Shown in pieces: positions 49,518 through 61,185 of a stretch of DNA of 64,000 nucleotides. This stretch comes from an uncultured cyanobacterium. GTDB taxonomy: Bacteria; Cyanobacteriota; Cyanobacteriia; Cyanobacteriales; Nostocaceae. The notes beneath the pieces were generated by a model. The model was not told the DNA's origin. It searched no databases and was given only the letters and a program-made list of their open reading frames with translations. The stretch is from contig OY970166.1 in NCBI GenBank assembly GCA_963706595.1, forward strand, positions 3,936,001 through 4,000,000. The letters run 5' to 3'. Each line of letters begins with the position of its first letter. Position 1 is the first letter of the stretch. The position numbers were made by a program, and so were the translations under genes.

Positions 49518-50081
49518 ATGGGGACTTTTTTACTGTTGATGGCGGAAGCCAGCGCCGTCGGAGGTGACTTGGCAGAAGAAGCGGGACATGGTGGTTTTAG
49601 TCTAAATACAGATATATTTGACACCAACCTGATTAACCTGGCCATTATTATTACTGTGCTGTTAGTTTTCGGGCGGAAGGTTTTGGGTAAAACCCTGAAA
49701 GGCCGCCGGGATACAATTGAAACAGCAATTAAGAATGCAGAGCAACGTGCTTCTCAAGCTGCACAGCAACTCAAAGAAGCACAGCAGAAGTTAGAGCAAG
49801 CTCAAGCAGAAGCCGAAAGAATCAAACAAGCAGCGCAAGAAAACGCCCAAGCTGCAAGTGAAGCTATCTTGGCGCAGGCTGCTGTAGATATTGAACGCTT
49901 GCAAGCAGCAGGTGCAGCTGACTTAAATGCAGACCTAAATAAAGCGATCGCGCAGTTACAGCAACGAGTAGTTGCTCAAGCCTTGCAAAAGGTCGAATCT
50001 GAACTACAAAGCGGCATAGCCGACGATGCTCAACAAATTTTGATTGAACGTAGCATCGCACAACTGGGAGGCGAGGTATGA
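49518..50081 (+). CDS. atpF: F0 ATP synthase subunit b
   Basis: F.LN.DIF.TNLINL, a TM segment and a coiled coil; operon position. Confidence 0.95.
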   Translation: MGTFLLLMAEASAVGGDLAEEAGHGGFSLNTDIFDTNLINLAIIITVLLVFGRKVLGKTLKGRRDTIETAIKNAEQRASQAAQQLKEAQQKLEQAQAEAERIKQAAQENAQAASEAILAQAAVDIERLQAAGAADLNADLNKAIAQLQQRVVAQALQKVESELQSGIADDAQQILIERSIAQLGGEV

Positions 50082-50635
50082 CAAGTAAAATAGCCACAGA
50101 TGAAATAGCCGCCCCTTATTCACAGGCTCTGTTGTCACTCGCGCAATCAAAAAACTTGACCGAAGAGTTTGGCGAAGATGCCCGGAGTTTGTTAGGACTG
50201 CTTTCAGAAAACCAGGATCTACAGAACTTTATTGGCAACCCCTTTATTAAGGATGAGAACAAAAAGGCTCTGATTAGACAAATACTGGGTGAAAGTGGTA
50301 ACGCCTACTTACGCAATTTTTTGTTGTTACTGGTAGATAAACGACGGATCGTTTTTCTAGAAGCAGTTTTACAGCAATATTTGGCTTTATTGCGGCAGCT
50401 AAATCAAACCGTATTAGCGGAAGTAATTTCAGCAATTCCTCTGAGTGAGCTTCAACAGCAAGCAGTAGTGGAAAAAGTTCTGGCCATCACTAATGCTCGC
50501 CAGGTAGAAGTGCAATCTAAAATAGATAGCGAGTTAATTGGTGGTGTGATTATTAAAGTCGGCTCCCAAGTAATTGATGCTAGTTTACGTGGTCAGTTGC
50601 GCCGCCTTTCCTTGCGCTTAACCAGTAATTCGTAA
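50078..50635 (+). CDS. atpH: F1 ATP synthase subunit delta (cyanobacterial atpD)
   Basis: [34 protein letters not shown]. Confidence 0.96.
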   Translation: MTSKIATDEIAAPYSQALLSLAQSKNLTEEFGEDARSLLGLLSENQDLQNFIGNPFIKDENKKALIRQILGESGNAYLRNFLLLLVDKRRIVFLEAVLQQYLALLRQLNQTVLAEVISAIPLSELQQQAVVEKVLAITNARQVEVQSKIDSELIGGVIIKVGSQVIDASLRGQLRRLSLRLTSNS

Positions 50636-50821
50636 TTTGCAATTCTCCTGAAGTTTCCTTGCTGTGCTGATAGTCTGGCAAGGTAACTGGGCAGGGGATG
50701 AAATAATTGGAGAATCACCGGAAAATTATTTCCCCACTCCCCATTGCCCCTTATCCCCAGAGGGGACCCTGAGTTCCCCACTCCCTACTCCCTACTCTGA
50801 AAAGCAAAAAACATAGACACA

Positions 50822-52342
50822 ATGAGTATTTCAATTAGACCTGACGAAATCAGCAGCATTATTCAGCAACAAATCGAGCAATACGACCAAGAAGTTAAAG
50901 TTGCTAACGTTGGTACAGTTCTCCAAGTGGGTGATGGTATCGCCCGCATCTATGGTCTGGAAAAGGCTATGGCTGGGGAACTATTAGAATTTGAAGATGG
51001 CACAATTGGCATCGCCCAGAACTTAGAAGAAGACAACGTGGGCGCTGTGCTTATGGGTCAAGGTCTGGAAATTCAAGAAGGTAGCTCCGTTACTGCTACT
51101 GGTAGAATTGCCCAGGTTCCCGTAGGTGAAGCTATGGTTGGACGGGTAGTAGATGCCTTGGGTCGTGCGATCGATGGTAAAGGAGATATTAACACGACAG
51201 AAAGTCGTTTGATTGAATCTGCTGCACCTGGTATCATCGCTCGTCGATCTGTACACGAACCCATGCAAACTGGGATTACAGCTATTGACTCGATGATTCC
51301 TGTCGGTCGTGGTCAACGGGAATTAATCATTGGAGACCGTCAAACAGGTAAAACTGCGATCGCCATTGACACAATCATCAACCAAAAAGGTGAAGATGTA
51401 ATTTGTGTCTACGTTGCCATTGGTCAAAAAGCATCCACAGTTGCTAACGTGGTGCAAACCCTCCAAGAAAAAGGCGCAATGGACTACACCGTAGTCGTCG
51501 CCGCTAGTGCCAGTGAACCAGCTACATTACAATATCTAGCTCCTTACACCGGAGCCACCATTGCTGAGTACTTTATGTACAAAGGCAAAGCCACCTTGGT
51601 GGTTTATGATGACCTTTCCAAGCAAGCCCAAGCTTATCGCCAAATGTCCTTGCTGCTACGTCGTCCACCAGGACGGGAAGCATATCCTGGAGATGTATTC
51701 TACATTCACTCCCGCTTATTGGAACGCGCTGCTAAGTTAAGTGACGAATTGGGTAAAGGTAGCATGACTGCCCTACCAATCATCGAAACCCAAGCTGGTG
51801 ACGTTTCGGCATACATCCCCACCAACGTAATTTCGATTACCGACGGTCAAATCTTCCTTTCTTCTGACCTGTTCAACGCTGGTATTCGTCCCGCAGTAAA
51901 CCCCGGTATTTCGGTATCACGTGTGGGTTCGGCGGCGCAAACCAAGGCGATGAAAAAAGTTGCCGGTAAGATTAAATTGGAACTAGCACAATTTGATGAC
52001 CTGCAAGCTTTCGCCCAATTTGCGTCTGACTTAGACAAAACCACTCAAGACCAATTGGCACGGGGTCAACGGTTACGGGAACTACTCAAGCAGCCACAAA
52101 ATGCTCCTCTGGCAGTATATGAGCAAGTAGCAATTTTGTATGCGGGGATTAACGGTTACTTAGATGATGTTCCTGTAGAAAAAGTAACTACCTTCACCAA
52201 AGGTCTGCGGGAATTCTTAAAAACCGGCAAACCTGAGTACACCGACTCCGTGAAAACCAAAAAGGTACTCGGTGACGAAGAAGAAAAAGCTTTGAAGGAA
52301 GCGCTAACTGAATTTAAACAGACCTTCAAAGCAACAGCGTAA
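50822..52342 (+). CDS. atpA: F1 ATP synthase subunit alpha
   Basis: [32 protein letters not shown]. Confidence 0.99.
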   Translation: MSISIRPDEISSIIQQQIEQYDQEVKVANVGTVLQVGDGIARIYGLEKAMAGELLEFEDGTIGIAQNLEEDNVGAVLMGQGLEIQEGSSVTATGRIAQVPVGEAMVGRVVDALGRAIDGKGDINTTESRLIESAAPGIIARRSVHEPMQTGITAIDSMIPVGRGQRELIIGDRQTGKTAIAIDTIINQKGEDVICVYVAIGQKASTVANVVQTLQEKGAMDYTVVVAASASEPATLQYLAPYTGATIAEYFMYKGKATLVVYDDLSKQAQAYRQMSLLLRRPPGREAYPGDVFYIHSRLLERAAKLSDELGKGSMTALPIIETQAGDVSAYIPTNVISITDGQIFLSSDLFNAGIRPAVNPGISVSRVGSAAQTKAMKKVAGKIKLELAQFDDLQAFAQFASDLDKTTQDQLARGQRLRELLKQPQNAPLAVYEQVAILYAGINGYLDDVPVEKVTTFTKGLREFLKTGKPEYTDSVKTKKVLGDEEEKALKEALTEFKQTFKATA

Positions 52343-52463
52343 TTAGTCATTACCCTTCGACTACGCTCAGGGTTAAGTCATTAGTCATTAGTCATTGGGA
52401 AACGCTTAATGGCTATTGACTGTTGACAGTTGACAATTGACTCAGGACTCAGAAGTTAAGAAT

Positions 52464-53411
52464 ATGGCTAATCTCAAATCAATACGCGATCGCATTCAGT
52501 CGGTCAAAAACACCAAGAAAATTACAGAAGCCATGCGGCTGGTAGCGGCGGCTAGAGTACGTCGCGCCCAAGAACAGGTAACTGCTACCCGTCCTTTTGC
52601 TGACCGCTTGGCACAAGTATTGTATGGTTTGCAGACTCGTCTCCGGTTTGAAGATGTAGACCTCCCACTACTGAAAAAGCGGGAAGTGAAAACAGTTGGG
52701 CTGTTGGTAATTTCCGGCGACCGGGGTTTGTGTGGCGGTTACAACAGTAATGTTATCCGTCGGGCAGAAAATCGCGCCAAAGAACTGCAAGCAGAAGGCG
52801 TAAATTACAAATTCGTGCTGGTAGGACGCAAAGCCATCCAGTATTTCCAACGTCGGGAACAACCCATTGACGGTACTTACACTGGTTTGGAACAAATTCC
52901 TACCGCCACCGAAGCTACGGAAGTTGCAGATCAACTACTTTCTTTGTTCCTCTCAGAAAGTGTGGATCGAATTGAGCTAATTTATACCAAATTCGTCTCA
53001 TTGGTTAGCTCCCGCCCAGTGGTGCAAACTTTGCTGCCTTTAGATCCTCAAGGTCTAGAAGCCGCAGATGACGAAATTTTCCGCCTGACAACCCGTGGCG
53101 GTCAATTTGAAGTAGAACGGCAAAAAGTGACTAACCAAGCTCGCCCTCTGCCTCGTGACATGATCTTTGAGCAAGATCCTGTGCAAATTCTAGATTCTTT
53201 ACTACCCCTGTATCTGAGTAATCAGCTATTGCGGGCGTTACAAGAATCAGCAGCCAGTGAACTAGCCGCCCGGATGACAGCGATGAACAACGCCAGCGAC
53301 AACGCCGGTGATTTGATTAAGAGTCTTTCGTTGTCTTACAACAAAGCTAGACAAGCCGCTATTACCCAAGAACTTTTAGAAGTTGTGGGTGGTGCTGAAG
53401 CACTAACTTAA
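52464..53411 (+). CDS. atpG: F1 ATP synthase subunit gamma (cyanobacterial atpC)
   Basis: [44 protein letters not shown]. Confidence 0.98.
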   Translation: MANLKSIRDRIQSVKNTKKITEAMRLVAAARVRRAQEQVTATRPFADRLAQVLYGLQTRLRFEDVDLPLLKKREVKTVGLLVISGDRGLCGGYNSNVIRRAENRAKELQAEGVNYKFVLVGRKAIQYFQRREQPIDGTYTGLEQIPTATEATEVADQLLSLFLSESVDRIELIYTKFVSLVSSRPVVQTLLPLDPQGLEAADDEIFRLTTRGGQFEVERQKVTNQARPLPRDMIFEQDPVQILDSLLPLYLSNQLLRALQESAASELAARMTAMNNASDNAGDLIKSLSLSYNKARQAAITQELLEVVGGAEALT

Positions 53412-53439
53412 GGAATTGCTCATTGTTTAGTAGTGATAA

Positions 53440-53484
53440 ATAGCTAATTGCTAGTTGTTGGGAAATTAGCAATTGGCTATTTTT
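53440..53484 (+). terminator. atp operon intrinsic terminator
   Basis: ATAGCTAATTGCTA...TAGCAATTGGCTAT followed by a T tract. Confidence 0.65.
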
Positions 53485-53915
53485 AGTATTTGGGACTGTT
53501 TAGCTGCAATTTTCCCGAAAATTAATTGGGCTTAATATATCTTAAGTATGATATGGTCGTAGGTTATAGGTATAAGTCTAAATCCTGTTTGAAGAACGCC
53601 CGACGTGGCTCTATAGTTTCTCCAAACTCGCACTACCTGAAAGATTTGCTTGAGTTATACTTTGGTGACAAATTGAGAGTTGGTTACTCTGGTAATAGAT
53701 AGTCAAATCAGAATAGAAGCTATGATGAGGCTGTAGAGTTGATTAAGGAGTAATTTATTGGCTTAGGTAAATTAATTATTAACATCTGCTGGTATCTGCC
53801 AGCTATAATCATGATCCAAAATTGGATATGTCGAGTTAGAGAAACACCAGCGGTCTGAATTGCCGCTCCCAATGCTGCCCTTGAAAATTGCCAATCGCTG
53901 ATCACTGCGAACACT

Positions 53916-56156
53916 ATGGAAAATGATGCGGCAACGCTCTACTGCCCAAATGAAGCTTGTCTGGCTGCTAACCCCTTAACTCACAAGTTTTGCCAGCGAT
54001 GCTCTACACCCCTACCCAAACGTTACCTCTGGGCTGTAGGGGATGGCTTGAGTGTGGGTAGCCCTGGAGATGTATTAGCTGATCGCTATTTGGTAATTAG
54101 TAAATCTGTGGTTTTAGATCAGAAGCCGGGATTACTACCCCAATCACCTGAATTAGATAATTCACAGGGTATCAAAGCTTATCTGAGATTAATACCTTAT
54201 AGCTTAAACGTACCACAGGTATATGGCATCCTGCCTCTATCTGAGGGACAGTCTCACAAAGAAATATTACTTTTAGAACAGCCGCCTTTATCCGCAGATA
54301 TTTCAGGACTACAAGTGCAGCTATGTAGCCAGTTAAATATTGCTTGGCGTGATGCTACATCAATGCGTCAACTTAATTGGCTATGGCAGATAGCTAATTT
54401 GTGGCAACCTTTGAAGAGTGAAGGGGTGGCTACTAGCTTAATCGATCCTCATGTACTCCGGGTGGAAGGATCATTAGTTCGCTTGTTAGAATTGCGTTTT
54501 GACGCGGCAACAGCCCCAGAATTGCCTCAATTAGGTGCATTTTGGCAAAAATTACAGCCAGAGTCCAAACCAGTTATAGCTGAATTTGTGCAGCAAATTA
54601 GTAACTTTCTGATTCAGGGACAGATTAGTTCACCGGAAATACTAATTGCAGTTTTAGATCAAGGTCTGGCAGAATTAGGACGCTCACAAACTCCCACGAT
54701 TAAAATTGTCACTAAAACAGACACTGGTCCGAGTCGTCAACGCAACGAAGATGCCTGCTACCCTGCCAGTGGAACAGTTTTGAGCAAACCACCACAGGCA
54801 GTCGGCTCCTTAGCCATTGTCTGTGACGGCATTGGCGGACACCAAGGCGGCAATGTGGCATCTAATTTGGCGATTGAAACAATTCATCAGCAGATACAGC
54901 AACTGACAAAGGTTCCTTATGATCACATTGAACCTTTATTACTGCTGGCTGATTTAGATAATGCCGCCGCAATTGCCAATGACAGAATTAGCCAACGCAA
55001 TGACAGCGAAAATCGCCAAGCGCGTCAACGTATGGGTACAACCTTAGTGATGGCGTTGCCTATTGCCCACGAAATGTACATTACTCACGTTGGAGATAGT
55101 CGTGCCTACTGGATTACCCGCCACGGTTGTTATCAAGTTACCCTTGATGATGATGTGGCTTCTCGTGAGGTACGACTCGGCTATGCTATCTATCGTGAAG
55201 CTGTGCAACAAGGTGGTGCTGGTTCTTTGGTGCAAGCTTTAGGAATGAGTTCTAGTAATTCATTACATCCTACTTCCCAGAGGTTTATCCTTGATGAAGA
55301 TGCGATCTTTTTGCTGACTTCAGATGGATTGAGTGATTTTGACCGTGTGGAAGATTACTGGGAAACAGAAATTTTACCAATTCTTCATGGTGAAGATGAT
55401 ATTGTCCAGGTCGCTGACAAATTGGTGGAACTTGCTAACACCAAAAATGGACATGATAATGTGACTTTGGCATTACTACACTATAAAGTCAAATATTGCG
55501 AACCAGAATTATCTCTCAAAGCAGTTATTCCAGATATTTCCTCGCTGCCATCTACAAATGCTGTAACTCAAGGGTTACAACCCACATTACTAGAAGATAG
55601 CCCTAACAAAAAAACGAAAATTATTCCCGAAAATCAGCCTACTGCAATTGCGAGACTGCCCTTAAATTTAATAGTTCCCTTGGTGCTGGTTGTCTTAGCT
55701 GGTTCACTAGGATACTTGATCATGCAAATGCGATCGCCTAGCCTCTCCGACGGAGAATCGCCGGCAAATACCATTCCGACTACAACAATACCGCCAATTC
55801 TGAGTAATCCAGTCAATGAAAGGTTGGAGAATCTCAAGCCAGGAGCGGTGATTAGAAGCAACAGTAACGTTACCTTGAACAAGATAACTTTTCCCCCCGA
55901 TAGTTATTGGCAAGTTATCGATATCCAACCCAATCCCCAACCAGGTACAGGAGATTTATTAGTAAATTTACGGCTTTGCTCCACAACTACTGCACCTTTA
56001 CCGTTAGCAGATACACAAGAATCAATAAAATTGTCTCAACTGCAAAGTTTTGCAGTCTCTGTCTTGCCATCAAACCAAGAGAATCCTTGTGATTCGGTTT
56101 CAGGCCAAACATCATCACCAAATGATCCGACTTCAAATCGGTCAAATTCTCGATAA
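53916..56156 (+). CDS. prpJ: Membrane PP2C phosphatase with N-terminal 4-Cys finger and kinase-like remnant (PrpJ-like)
   Basis: CPN..C...C..C N-terminus; R..NED, CDGIGGH, MGTT, HVGDSR, SDGL and GHDN PP2C motifs; one C-terminal TM (LIVPLVLVVLAGSLGYLIM). Size and architecture match my recall of Anabaena PrpJ. Confidence 0.75.
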   Translation: MENDAATLYCPNEACLAANPLTHKFCQRCSTPLPKRYLWAVGDGLSVGSPGDVLADRYLVISKSVVLDQKPGLLPQSPELDNSQGIKAYLRLIPYSLNVPQVYGILPLSEGQSHKEILLLEQPPLSADISGLQVQLCSQLNIAWRDATSMRQLNWLWQIANLWQPLKSEGVATSLIDPHVLRVEGSLVRLLELRFDAATAPELPQLGAFWQKLQPESKPVIAEFVQQISNFLIQGQISSPEILIAVLDQGLAELGRSQTPTIKIVTKTDTGPSRQRNEDACYPASGTVLSKPPQAVGSLAIVCDGIGGHQGGNVASNLAIETIHQQIQQLTKVPYDHIEPLLLLADLDNAAAIANDRISQRNDSENRQARQRMGTTLVMALPIAHEMYITHVGDSRAYWITRHGCYQVTLDDDVASREVRLGYAIYREAVQQGGAGSLVQALGMSSSNSLHPTSQRFILDEDAIFLLTSDGLSDFDRVEDYWETEILPILHGEDDIVQVADKLVELANTKNGHDNVTLALLHYKVKYCEPELSLKAVIPDISSLPSTNAVTQGLQPTLLEDSPNKKTKIIPENQPTAIARLPLNLIVPLVLVVLAGSLGYLIMQMRSPSLSDGESPANTIPTTTIPPILSNPVNERLENLKPGAVIRSNSNVTLNKITFPPDSYWQVIDIQPNPQPGTGDLLVNLRLCSTTTAPLPLADTQESIKLSQLQSFAVSVLPSNQENPCDSVSGQTSSPNDPTSNRSNSR

Positions 56157-56259
56157 ACGGGTAAAAACCTGGAATAATACAGGTAATAACTACACAAAAA
56201 ACACCAGAAAAAATTGTTATTGAAAATTATTGGTTCTCACATTTTAGTAGATTGAATCC

Positions 56260-57825
56260 ATGCCATCCCTGAACTTGGCGATCGCCCGTCTCACCAACAC
56301 TGGCACAGATAACTTCGCTATTTGGGTGGTCAAGGCTCCCTATCCCAGTGGTTATGTTTTACATGACTGCGTCTGGCCAGTTGAACTGACTCAAGTTTGG
56401 CAAGAATGGCAGCAGATGTTTGCTGGGCATAGTGGTTTATATATTTTTCCAGATTTAAAGCCGCAGTCAGTTCCACCACTTGCCATCAATTTAGTTTCAC
56501 CTCCTTCCGGACAGAAGGCTGTTTATAGTAGTCGTCTGATGCAACACTTGGGCATTAAGCTCTGGGAGTGGATATTTGACAGTCCGATTCTTGGTAGTCT
56601 CGAACGCAGTCGGGGCATAGCTATGGGGCGTTATACTCGTTTGCGGTTTCGATTAGAAATTCGTGACCCGGATCTGATTGCTTTGCCTTGGGAAATTATG
56701 CAGAGCCAACCAGGGCAATCAGCAATGTCTCTCTCGCCAGATTTGCTATTTAGTCGCACTACTAGTCAAGTTGAACCCCTACCGTATTTGCGAACCGATC
56801 AGGCTTTAAATATTTTGTTGGTTTTAGGACACGATGACAACTTGCAATTGGCACAAGAAGCCATGATCTTAGAAAAAATTCTGGCAAGTAGCAATTCTCA
56901 GGGTTATGCCCCCTGCACAGTCAAGACACTTCTGCAACCTACACCACAAGAATTAATTCAAGAGTTAGAAACCGCAGCGTATAACATTTTCTTTTACGCT
57001 GGTCATGGACTACCGGGACCAGATGGCGGATTATTCTTTTTGCGTCCGGGTATGACCCTGAATGGGATTGAATTAGCACAAGTATTAACCCGGAGTGGTT
57101 TGAAATTGGCGGTGTTTAATGCTTGTTGGGGCGCACAACCAGCCGCGATCAATCACCAAGCTATCCCTGCCAGCAGTATGGCAGAAGTGTTAATCCGTCA
57201 TGGTGTTCCTGCGGTTTTGGGGATGCGTGATCAAATTGCTGACCACGAAAGCCATAGTTTTATTCAAGCTTTTACTGAGGCTTTGCGATCGCGTAAGTCA
57301 ATTGATGAGGCGGTTGCTGAAGCTAGGCAAGAACTGTTAACACTATATAAGTTCAATCAACTTGCTTGGACTTTGCCTGTGCTTTATCTGCATCCTGATT
57401 TTGATGGTGAACTGATTAAAATTTCTGATGAAGGCATTACCGAATTACCAGATAGTGTCATCCCCAATATCAATTCCCCGATTCCCATCGCTGTTTTGCG
57501 ATCGCTTTCATCGGGAGGGCAAACTTGGGTACTACGATCTGGAGTCACCCGCATCGGTCGTACGAAAGATAATGATATTGTCATCCCAGAACCATCGGTC
57601 TCTAAGCGCCACGCCGAAATTTTATGCCGTAATACTCTGACTGGGACTACGACAGTGAGAACTTATTATTTGCAAGATTTTTCTACCTACGGCACAACTT
57701 GGTGTTTAGTCGCTAACGGTTGGCAACAAATCCTCCGTGAGGAAGTTCCTCTAAAATCGGGAATGCAGTTACAGTTTGGCAGTTCGAGAGGTGAAATTTT
57801 GCAGTTTGTGATTGAAGATTCCTAG
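56260..57825 (+). CDS. CHAT (caspase/HetF-type) protease with C-terminal FHA domain
   Basis: LPWE; catalytic His in YAGHG and Cys in FNACWG; GVPAVLGM, W.LPVLY; FHA motifs IGR...NDIVI....VSKRHA and STYGT. Confidence 0.88.
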   Translation: MPSLNLAIARLTNTGTDNFAIWVVKAPYPSGYVLHDCVWPVELTQVWQEWQQMFAGHSGLYIFPDLKPQSVPPLAINLVSPPSGQKAVYSSRLMQHLGIKLWEWIFDSPILGSLERSRGIAMGRYTRLRFRLEIRDPDLIALPWEIMQSQPGQSAMSLSPDLLFSRTTSQVEPLPYLRTDQALNILLVLGHDDNLQLAQEAMILEKILASSNSQGYAPCTVKTLLQPTPQELIQELETAAYNIFFYAGHGLPGPDGGLFFLRPGMTLNGIELAQVLTRSGLKLAVFNACWGAQPAAINHQAIPASSMAEVLIRHGVPAVLGMRDQIADHESHSFIQAFTEALRSRKSIDEAVAEARQELLTLYKFNQLAWTLPVLYLHPDFDGELIKISDEGITELPDSVIPNINSPIPIAVLRSLSSGGQTWVLRSGVTRIGRTKDNDIVIPEPSVSKRHAEILCRNTLTGTTTVRTYYLQDFSTYGTTWCLVANGWQQILREEVPLKSGMQLQFGSSRGEILQFVIEDS

Positions 57826-58014
57826 CAACTGAGGACTGGTAAAGTATTAGCTATTTCTGTTTTGTCTTTTTCTTCTATAACTAATCACTAGGAAAAACTC
57901 AATTTTATGGGCTAGTACCATCTGCCAAAGTATATTTTCAACCTGAGATCAAATTAACTGTTTTGCGGAAATCTAATTTGGGCAGTTGTAGCTGTCAATA
58001 TTGCTAAATAATGC

Positions 58015-58677
58015 ATGAGGAGACCACAAATGATTGACAAGATTAACGGCTCAGACACTTTCAACGCCTTACCGTCTCAATTGGAATTAGAATTATTAGA
58101 GACGTTGCTAGTGCCAGAGGATGGGACTTATCCTTGGAATCCGGCTGATGATCAGTCTGAAGCTTATTTTAGCGAATTAGAACAACAATTTGCGATGCAG
58201 GATTGGCTAGATGAAGAACTGAATCCAAAATCGTCAGCTTTTTATGGCAAACTAGATAGCCTTTGGTCTGAGGTTGCAATTAACTCAAATTACAAATGTC
58301 AACCAAATCAGTCTGTTGTCGATCATCTGCAAGTGGCTTTAAATTCAGCTTTTGCTCATAGTGTACCCCCAGGATGGCTGAATGCGATCGCCCTGAAAGC
58401 GGCTGACATTTTTGCTTCTCAACAATCCATGAGTGATCAACTGGTGCAGTGTGTTCAATCTGTACTACCTGCTTGGGGCGTAGATGATCTGTTTGTTTTC
58501 ACTCGTCCCTTTGCCCATTCTATGCGTAGTAGCGAATCTCCAGAGGAGACCTCGATTATTAGTAAAGTGAAAAACCGAGATTGGATAACTTTATCGGAAA
58601 TTGAGCAGGCAAAGATTAGTGTAGCGATCGCTTACTATGCCTTTAAGCAATTAAACAGTTATCAGTCTGAAGACTAA
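58015..58677 (+). CDS. Hypothetical protein, probable PatU3-like fold
   Basis: 220-aa ORF downstream of the CHAT gene; YPWN...VP..W...I...A......LVQ.V....P...RDW..L...EQ..IS pattern (see findings). Confidence 0.7.
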   Translation: MRRPQMIDKINGSDTFNALPSQLELELLETLLVPEDGTYPWNPADDQSEAYFSELEQQFAMQDWLDEELNPKSSAFYGKLDSLWSEVAINSNYKCQPNQSVVDHLQVALNSAFAHSVPPGWLNAIALKAADIFASQQSMSDQLVQCVQSVLPAWGVDDLFVFTRPFAHSMRSSESPEETSIISKVKNRDWITLSEIEQAKISVAIAYYAFKQLNSYQSED

Positions 58678-59021
58678 TCTTAGTTTTTGATTTAGACCGC
58701 AAATAGTTTACCTTACAGATGATACTCATTTTGTGAGTTGGAAATTTTTTATTCCCTTTTAGATATAGATAACCCAGAATAATCTCACCATAGAATGATT
58801 GCGAGATCAGCGTCATCTATCCCAAGACATACAACGAAATTTTCATCATCTGAATATTAATCATTTGGTCAAATTTTCTGTGAACTTCGGAGGAGGGGCT
58901 GGGCGTGGGGTATTAGAATGTGGCAAACATCACTAATTAACCGGATTTGAGATAAATCCTCCCACTTACCAGAATATTAATTTCCTTGTGTTCCTTCTCC
59001 CCTCTCAAGCAAGTCAGTTTC

Positions 59022-60389
59022 TTATTTGGGTCCGATAAAGCGGGTGGCGAAATTTTGCGATCGCGTTGGTGACAACACCCGTGCTTTCAGAATGGCTGCC
59101 ATCAAGAAGGCATAAGATAACACCCCAACCACCACCAAGAGCAAAGCATTGATAGATCCTGTCGCATTCCACAAAGCATGGAGTGCAGAGGCACTCAGAT
59201 AACCAATAGAGAGAATCTGCCAACTCATCCGGGGCTTAAGGACAGCTAACCCGATAAAATAGCCTAGATAGCCACTGTAAGCCATGTGTCCGGCTACAGA
59301 GCCTAAAATTCGCGGAATTAGCAGTTGAAACCCCGCCAATTGACCAGCCGCCCCTATTCCTACCTGTTGGGTAATTTGTGGCACATACTGCCCCAGAGTT
59401 TCCAACAGAGTGAAACCGATAGCCGAAGCTGTTCCCAGGAGAATGCCATCTAAGGGTTCCCAAATCCCGATGCGTTCCCGCCAAGGTGAAGGTAAGCCGC
59501 GACCGATTAAATATGCCCCGATTAACGGTAATGCCTTGAGTAATTCTTCCATCAACCCCGCACCAAAGAACATTCTTACCAGCAATTCTGTAAAGGTGAT
59601 CGGCTCTTGAGGTGAAGGTAAGCTACCCGGTAAGATGACGCGAAACACAAAGATAAATACATCCAACAGGGGACTCAGCAAAATCAACGTTGTACTTAAT
59701 GCTGCGCCCATTAGCACCCACCAGGGCTTCTGTTTACCGCAAAGTTGGTAAACAAAATAGTAAGCAGCTGATGCTATGTAAGTTGCTACTATCACCTGAT
59801 TAGCTTGGGGATTACCGACAGTAGCAAACATCAACACTACAAAGATGACGGTGAGTATTCCCGGTATCAGGTAGGCTTTGCGAGTTAAATCCTTACCCGT
59901 GGAAATAATCGGAAACAGTTGGGTAAAACTCACCGAATCTGGTTGTTTTAAATGGGTATGTCCGTTATTTTTAGAAGCCGATGGTAGGGGTTTGACTTGT
60001 TTTGTCATCACCGTCGGCTGAGAGATCAAATCATACTCAAATATAAATTGCGGCCCATCAGAACCTAGAGAAATGCGATCGCCTGCGTGTAATTCCTGAC
60101 ATTCAGACAAGCATTTTCCGTTTAAAAAAGTACCATTTGCACTATTTAAATCACAAAGTACCCAGGTAAATTTGTGATCGGTCGGTGAAGAGAGGGGACG
60201 AACCACAGCATGACGGCGAGATACCATCCGATACATCATGGCATCTAAGACAACTTGGCAGGTGGGGTCGCGTCCAATTACTACCTCTTTACTGGTTAGC
60301 AGCGAGTAGCGAGATTCTGATCCAAAAGCTGCTACATTACCAGACACTAGCCGCAGAAATGCATTATGTCTTGTGTTTTTGCCTGTCAT
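59022..60389 (-). CDS. FHA-domain PrsW-family intramembrane metalloprotease
   Basis: FHA motifs IGRD, VSRRHA, DLNSANGTFLNG; PrsW motifs MEELLK, GFTLLE, GHMAYSG and HALWN; several TM segments. Confidence 0.9.
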   Translation of the reverse strand: MTGKNTRHNAFLRLVSGNVAAFGSESRYSLLTSKEVVIGRDPTCQVVLDAMMYRMVSRRHAVVRPLSSPTDHKFTWVLCDLNSANGTFLNGKCLSECQELHAGDRISLGSDGPQFIFEYDLISQPTVMTKQVKPLPSASKNNGHTHLKQPDSVSFTQLFPIISTGKDLTRKAYLIPGILTVIFVVLMFATVGNPQANQVIVATYIASAAYYFVYQLCGKQKPWWVLMGAALSTTLILLSPLLDVFIFVFRVILPGSLPSPQEPITFTELLVRMFFGAGLMEELLKALPLIGAYLIGRGLPSPWRERIGIWEPLDGILLGTASAIGFTLLETLGQYVPQITQQVGIGAAGQLAGFQLLIPRILGSVAGHMAYSGYLGYFIGLAVLKPRMSWQILSIGYLSASALHALWNATGSINALLLVVVGVLSYAFLMAAILKARVLSPTRSQNFATRFIGPK

Positions 60390-60866
60390 CTAGTTAGAGT
60401 GTCTTTCCAAACAAATTTATGAAAAATACTTTGGCATTAGGATTTAACCTGAGCCACGCCAACAGCAGCATTGCTAACTACACTATAGCTTTACTTACTG
60501 CGAAGAAACTTTAAATTTGCTGATTTAAAATTTAAAATTGCCTAACTCATTAATGACAAGCATTCTAGCGAAGAAAAATATTTTCTGTGCTTTATTTGTC
60601 AAATTTATTAGTTAGATTCTATGGATGATATAGTAAAAGCAATTACATACACAACCAATTATTAAATATTAGTAGTATACACCACATTTAGTTGAGTTGA
60701 AAGGTTATAAAATTGTTAATTATCCCCTATGAGTTCTTGTTGACTACAAATATTTTCTGATTTTTAGACAAAGTTTTGTAGAGGCACAGCACTAAAAATA
60801 GTTTAGTTCATCTGTGGGACTGTCTAAGAGGATGAATCACAAGTCTTATTTTGGTAGCAAAATATT

Positions 60867-60992
60867 GTAGATCCCCCTAAATCCACGCCAGTTGCTCATG
60901 GGGGAAACCCCCAAGACCGCACTGGCTCCCCTTAAGAAGGGGGACTTTGATTGCTGTCTCCCTCTTTTTAAGGGGGGCTAGGGGGGATCTAC
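60867..60992. repeat. Palindromic dispersed repeat with nested 43-bp insertion
   Basis: Ends GTAGATCCCCC...GGGGGATCTAC; insert 60885-60927 is related to the insert at 30816-30858. Confidence 0.65.
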
Positions 60993-61185
60993 AAGTGCCT
61001 AAAATCACAGCCAACCACTTTTTAAACATCCTCTCAGGGACTTCCAAATAAAAAAACACTCAACCACCTAACGTAAAAAATATCTCAAACCCTGATTCCT
61101 CTGTGTCCTCTGCGCCTCTGCGGTTTGTTAATAAACTGTAACTCTGACTACAGATTCTAATTTTCTGTGCATCAAGACAATTTCT

